From Haliotis rubra (taxonomy: Eukaryota), in assembly GCF_003918875.1 (NCBI RefSeq), contig NW_025767740.1, positions 62,001 through 126,000 of the forward strand: a DNA stretch of 64,000 bases. The letters are read 5' to 3'. Positions 61,022 through 64,000 of the stretch are shown one piece after another. A program made the position numbers and the translations under genes. The notes below the pieces were generated by a model that was not told where the DNA came from, searched no databases, and saw only the letters and a list, made by a program, of their open reading frames with translations. The number at the start of each line of letters is the position of its first letter. Within the stretch, counting starts at the first letter, position 1.

Positions 61022-64000
61022 ATGAGTCGAGGTAGGTCGAGGTTACACGAACCAAATGTATCCCCATAGTCATCTGTAGTAATATTATATTTGTTTTCAA
61101 AATAACTATGAACTCAGCAGCTATTGCATGTATACGTGGGCATCGTCTGGCCTTTAAGCAGCAATGATAAACAAAATGACCAGCTTAACCAGTTCCTTTT
61201 CCGAGTACAGGAACTTAAACACTCCAACCTAAGTTCCACACCAAATGTCACAAAATACCACAAAGTATAAGATATGTTACAAAATATGTATAGTCACATA
61301 TGTTCTATGTCACATATGTCACTATGTTCAAATATACCTGTAGTTACATTCTGCATACGTTCTGTTAAAGAATACCAATCTTCCTTCGCATGTGGAGGAG
61401 GCACAACAGCACCTGTAATTCTGTACCCCTCGAGACATAATGGTAATTGAACATCAATGTGTCATTCATTGTCATCAATTATTCATATTTTAGATTCTGA
61501 GTCTGATGATGATGGGTATATGTGCATGGAGTTGCCCACCCTCATCAAGCAGCTCAAGGCTGTGCTGGACCAATACCCTGATGATGGACAGATACTCAAG
61601 GTAAATCTATGCTGGACCAATACCCTGATGATGGACAGATACTCAAGGTAATCTGTGCTGGACCAGTACCCTGATGATGGACAGATACTCAAGGTAAATC
61701 TATGCCTGACAAGTACCCTGATGATGGACAGACACTCAAGGTGAGTCTGTGTTGAACCAGATTTTGGACAGATACTCAAGGTGAGTCTGTGCTGGACCAA
61801 TACCCTGATGATGGAAAGATACTCAAGGTAATCTGTGCTGGACCAGTACCCTGATGATAGACAGATACCCAAGGTAAATCTATGCCTGACAAGTACCCTG
61901 ATGATGGACAGACACTCAAGGTAAATCTATGCCTGACAAGTACCCTAATGATGGACAGATACTCAAGGTGAGTCTGTGTTGAACCAGATTTAGGACAGAT
62001 ACTCAAGGTGAGTCTGTGCTGGATCAATACCCTGATGATGGACACATACTCAAGGTAAATCTGTGCTGGGCCAATACCCTGATGATGGACAGATACTCAA
62101 GGTAAATCTGTGCTGGACCAGTACCCTAATGATGGACAGATACTCAAGGTAAATCTATGCCTGACCAGTACCCTGATGATGGACAGATACTCAAGGTAAA
62201 TCTATGCTGGACCAGTACCCTAATGATGGACAGATACTCAAGGTAAATCTATGCCTGACCAGTACCCTGATGATGGACAGATACTCAAGGTGAGTCTGTG
62301 TTGAACCAGATTTTGGACAGATACTCAAGGTGAGTCTGTGCTGGATCAATACCCTGATGATGGACAGATACTCAAGGTAAATCTTTGCTGGGCCAATACC
62401 CTGATGATGGACAGATACTCAAGGTAAATCTATGCCTGACCAATACCCTGATGATGGACAGGTGCTCAAGGTAAATATGTGCTGGACCAATGCCCTGATG
62501 ACTGACAGACACTCAAAGTGAGTTTACAGGTTCTTGTGACTTATTATGGTCAAATTGTGTCACAATTTCGAAGCAAATTTCCCCCTCATTGTATAACTGT
62601 CCCTATGACAACAATATGGATTTTGACATTTTCATTTTTACCAGGAGTTGATCCAGAATGCTGAAGATGCTGAGGCCAGTGAAATACGAATACTCTATGA
62701 TGACAGACATATAGACCCCGATCCAAGACTACTAAAGAAGAAACATTACCTAGCCGCACTACAGGTGAATTTACCTAACTACGTGCCCTGACAGTGTAAG
62801 ACTAAATGTGTAGGGCAGCTCTCATCGTATCTTTGTGTATACACCTATTGACCATCGAAAACCTAACTGGGTGAAAATTAAAGTTCAAGGATACAAGAAT
62901 AGTGTTTTCTATTTTCAAAGCAAACCTTCCCATTAAAGTATACACACATTTCAAATGAAAAACTTTAGAATATGACAGAACCCAATTAATGCCCTAAAAA
63001 AAATATTCAGTTTGGATGAACCCTGCCATTAGGCAAACTGACATGAATGCCTTGTTGACAAGTAATGTAGTGAGCATTGTTTCAGGCCCCAGGCCTGTGT
63101 GTGTACAATGATGCATTGTTCACCAAGAAGGATTGGAAGGGAATCAAGATGCTACATGACAGTGTCAAGGAGGAGGAAGTCCTAAAAGTTGGACGGTTTG
63201 GACTTGGATTCAAATCTGTATTCCATGTCACTGGTAAGACATTGGGGATTGTTTTCTAGATAAACTAAGTTACATCACATATGATTAGCTGTATCAGAAA
63301 GATGAATTATACACACCATGTTTGGATTCAGATTTTGGAAGTTTCTTTCCATAAAATGTATGTCACTTGTAGCACTGGACAAGTATGAACATGAACATTA
63401 TGTACTCATTAAACTTAATCCTTTTCACAAACTGAAATGTTTTATTTCCAGACTTCCCAAGTGTCATAAGCGGGGACACTGTGTTGTTCATCAACCCACA
63501 AGAGAAGCATGGTGACCGGGTCTGCTACATGAAGAAACTGCGTGAACTTCCCAGTGGGATCAAGAACATGATCCTCAACATCTTCAGTGGCACCTTTGGC
63601 TTTACATCAGACACATCAGACACAGGTCATTATCCTGGAACCATTTTCTGGTTCCCCCTCAGAACCAACATCTCGAAGCTGTCTGACAACCTTTACACTG
63701 AGAAGAAAGTCATGGATCTGTTCCAGGCTTTTAAGGCTGAGGCATCCATAACTCTCTTATTTCTGAAGTCAATAGAGAAGATACAGTTGTACAGGAGACT
63801 GGGGGAAAAGACAGAAATCCAGTTCTCATTGCAGCTGTCTCAAGACTGTCTCCAGCATGTTAGAGCTGAGAAGAAAGACTTCATGAGGAAAGTGAAACAG
63901 GTACAAGGAGAAATACCGCCATCATCTCTACAGAGCGAGTTGATCGTAACTGTGGAAACACAGGATGTTGCAGAAACTAAATTGTCTAAATTGTCATCAC
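61022..64000 (+). CDS. SACS: Sacsin-like protein, copy 2, 5' part. Exons 61022-61031, 61494-61600, 62645-62764, 63086-63233, 63452-end.
   Basis: Same exon lengths (107, 120, 148 bp) and about 97% identity to copy 1. ATG AGT CGA G|gtaggt supplies the phase-1 base. No lesions in the visible part. Confidence 0.9.
61560..62525 (+). repeat. Minisatellite of about 21 exon-end+donor units (40-47 bp)
   Basis: ct(a/g)tgctggacca(a/g)taccctgatgatggacagatactcaag|gt(aaat/gagt). 21 donor positions counted by eye. Confidence 0.97.

Overview
Animal genomic DNA with GT-AG introns. The tRNA-derived SINEs and a Helentron-type element suggest a mollusc (inference). The window holds a tandem sacsin-like locus. 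Copy 1 (3497-21498, +) is nearly complete, with three HSP90-like sacsin repeat regions, an HPD J-domain and a C-terminal HEPN domain, about 4,350 codons in total. It is broken by about 10 small indels, mostly in homopolymers. Copy 2 starts about 58 kb downstream (61022 to window end, exons about 97% identical). A decayed third copy of only the 5' region lies at about 39.5-41 kb. The most unusual structure is in both copies: the 3' end of the DSES...QI(L/P)K exon plus its 5' splice site has been amplified into a 44-47 bp minisatellite. This gives about 48 and about 21 tandem exon-end+donor units, and every downstream donor predicts a premature stop. Between the copies are an AT-rich multi-scale satellite, a damaged multi-exon GEX1/Kar5/brambleberry-like gene (42100-47434), and a Sailor-like (DD~80E) element. 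There are also Tc1 and mariner relics, a Helentron-type element, many SINEs, a locally amplified ~1.3 kb repeat and one assembly gap. All counts and coordinates were read by eye; no database searches were run.
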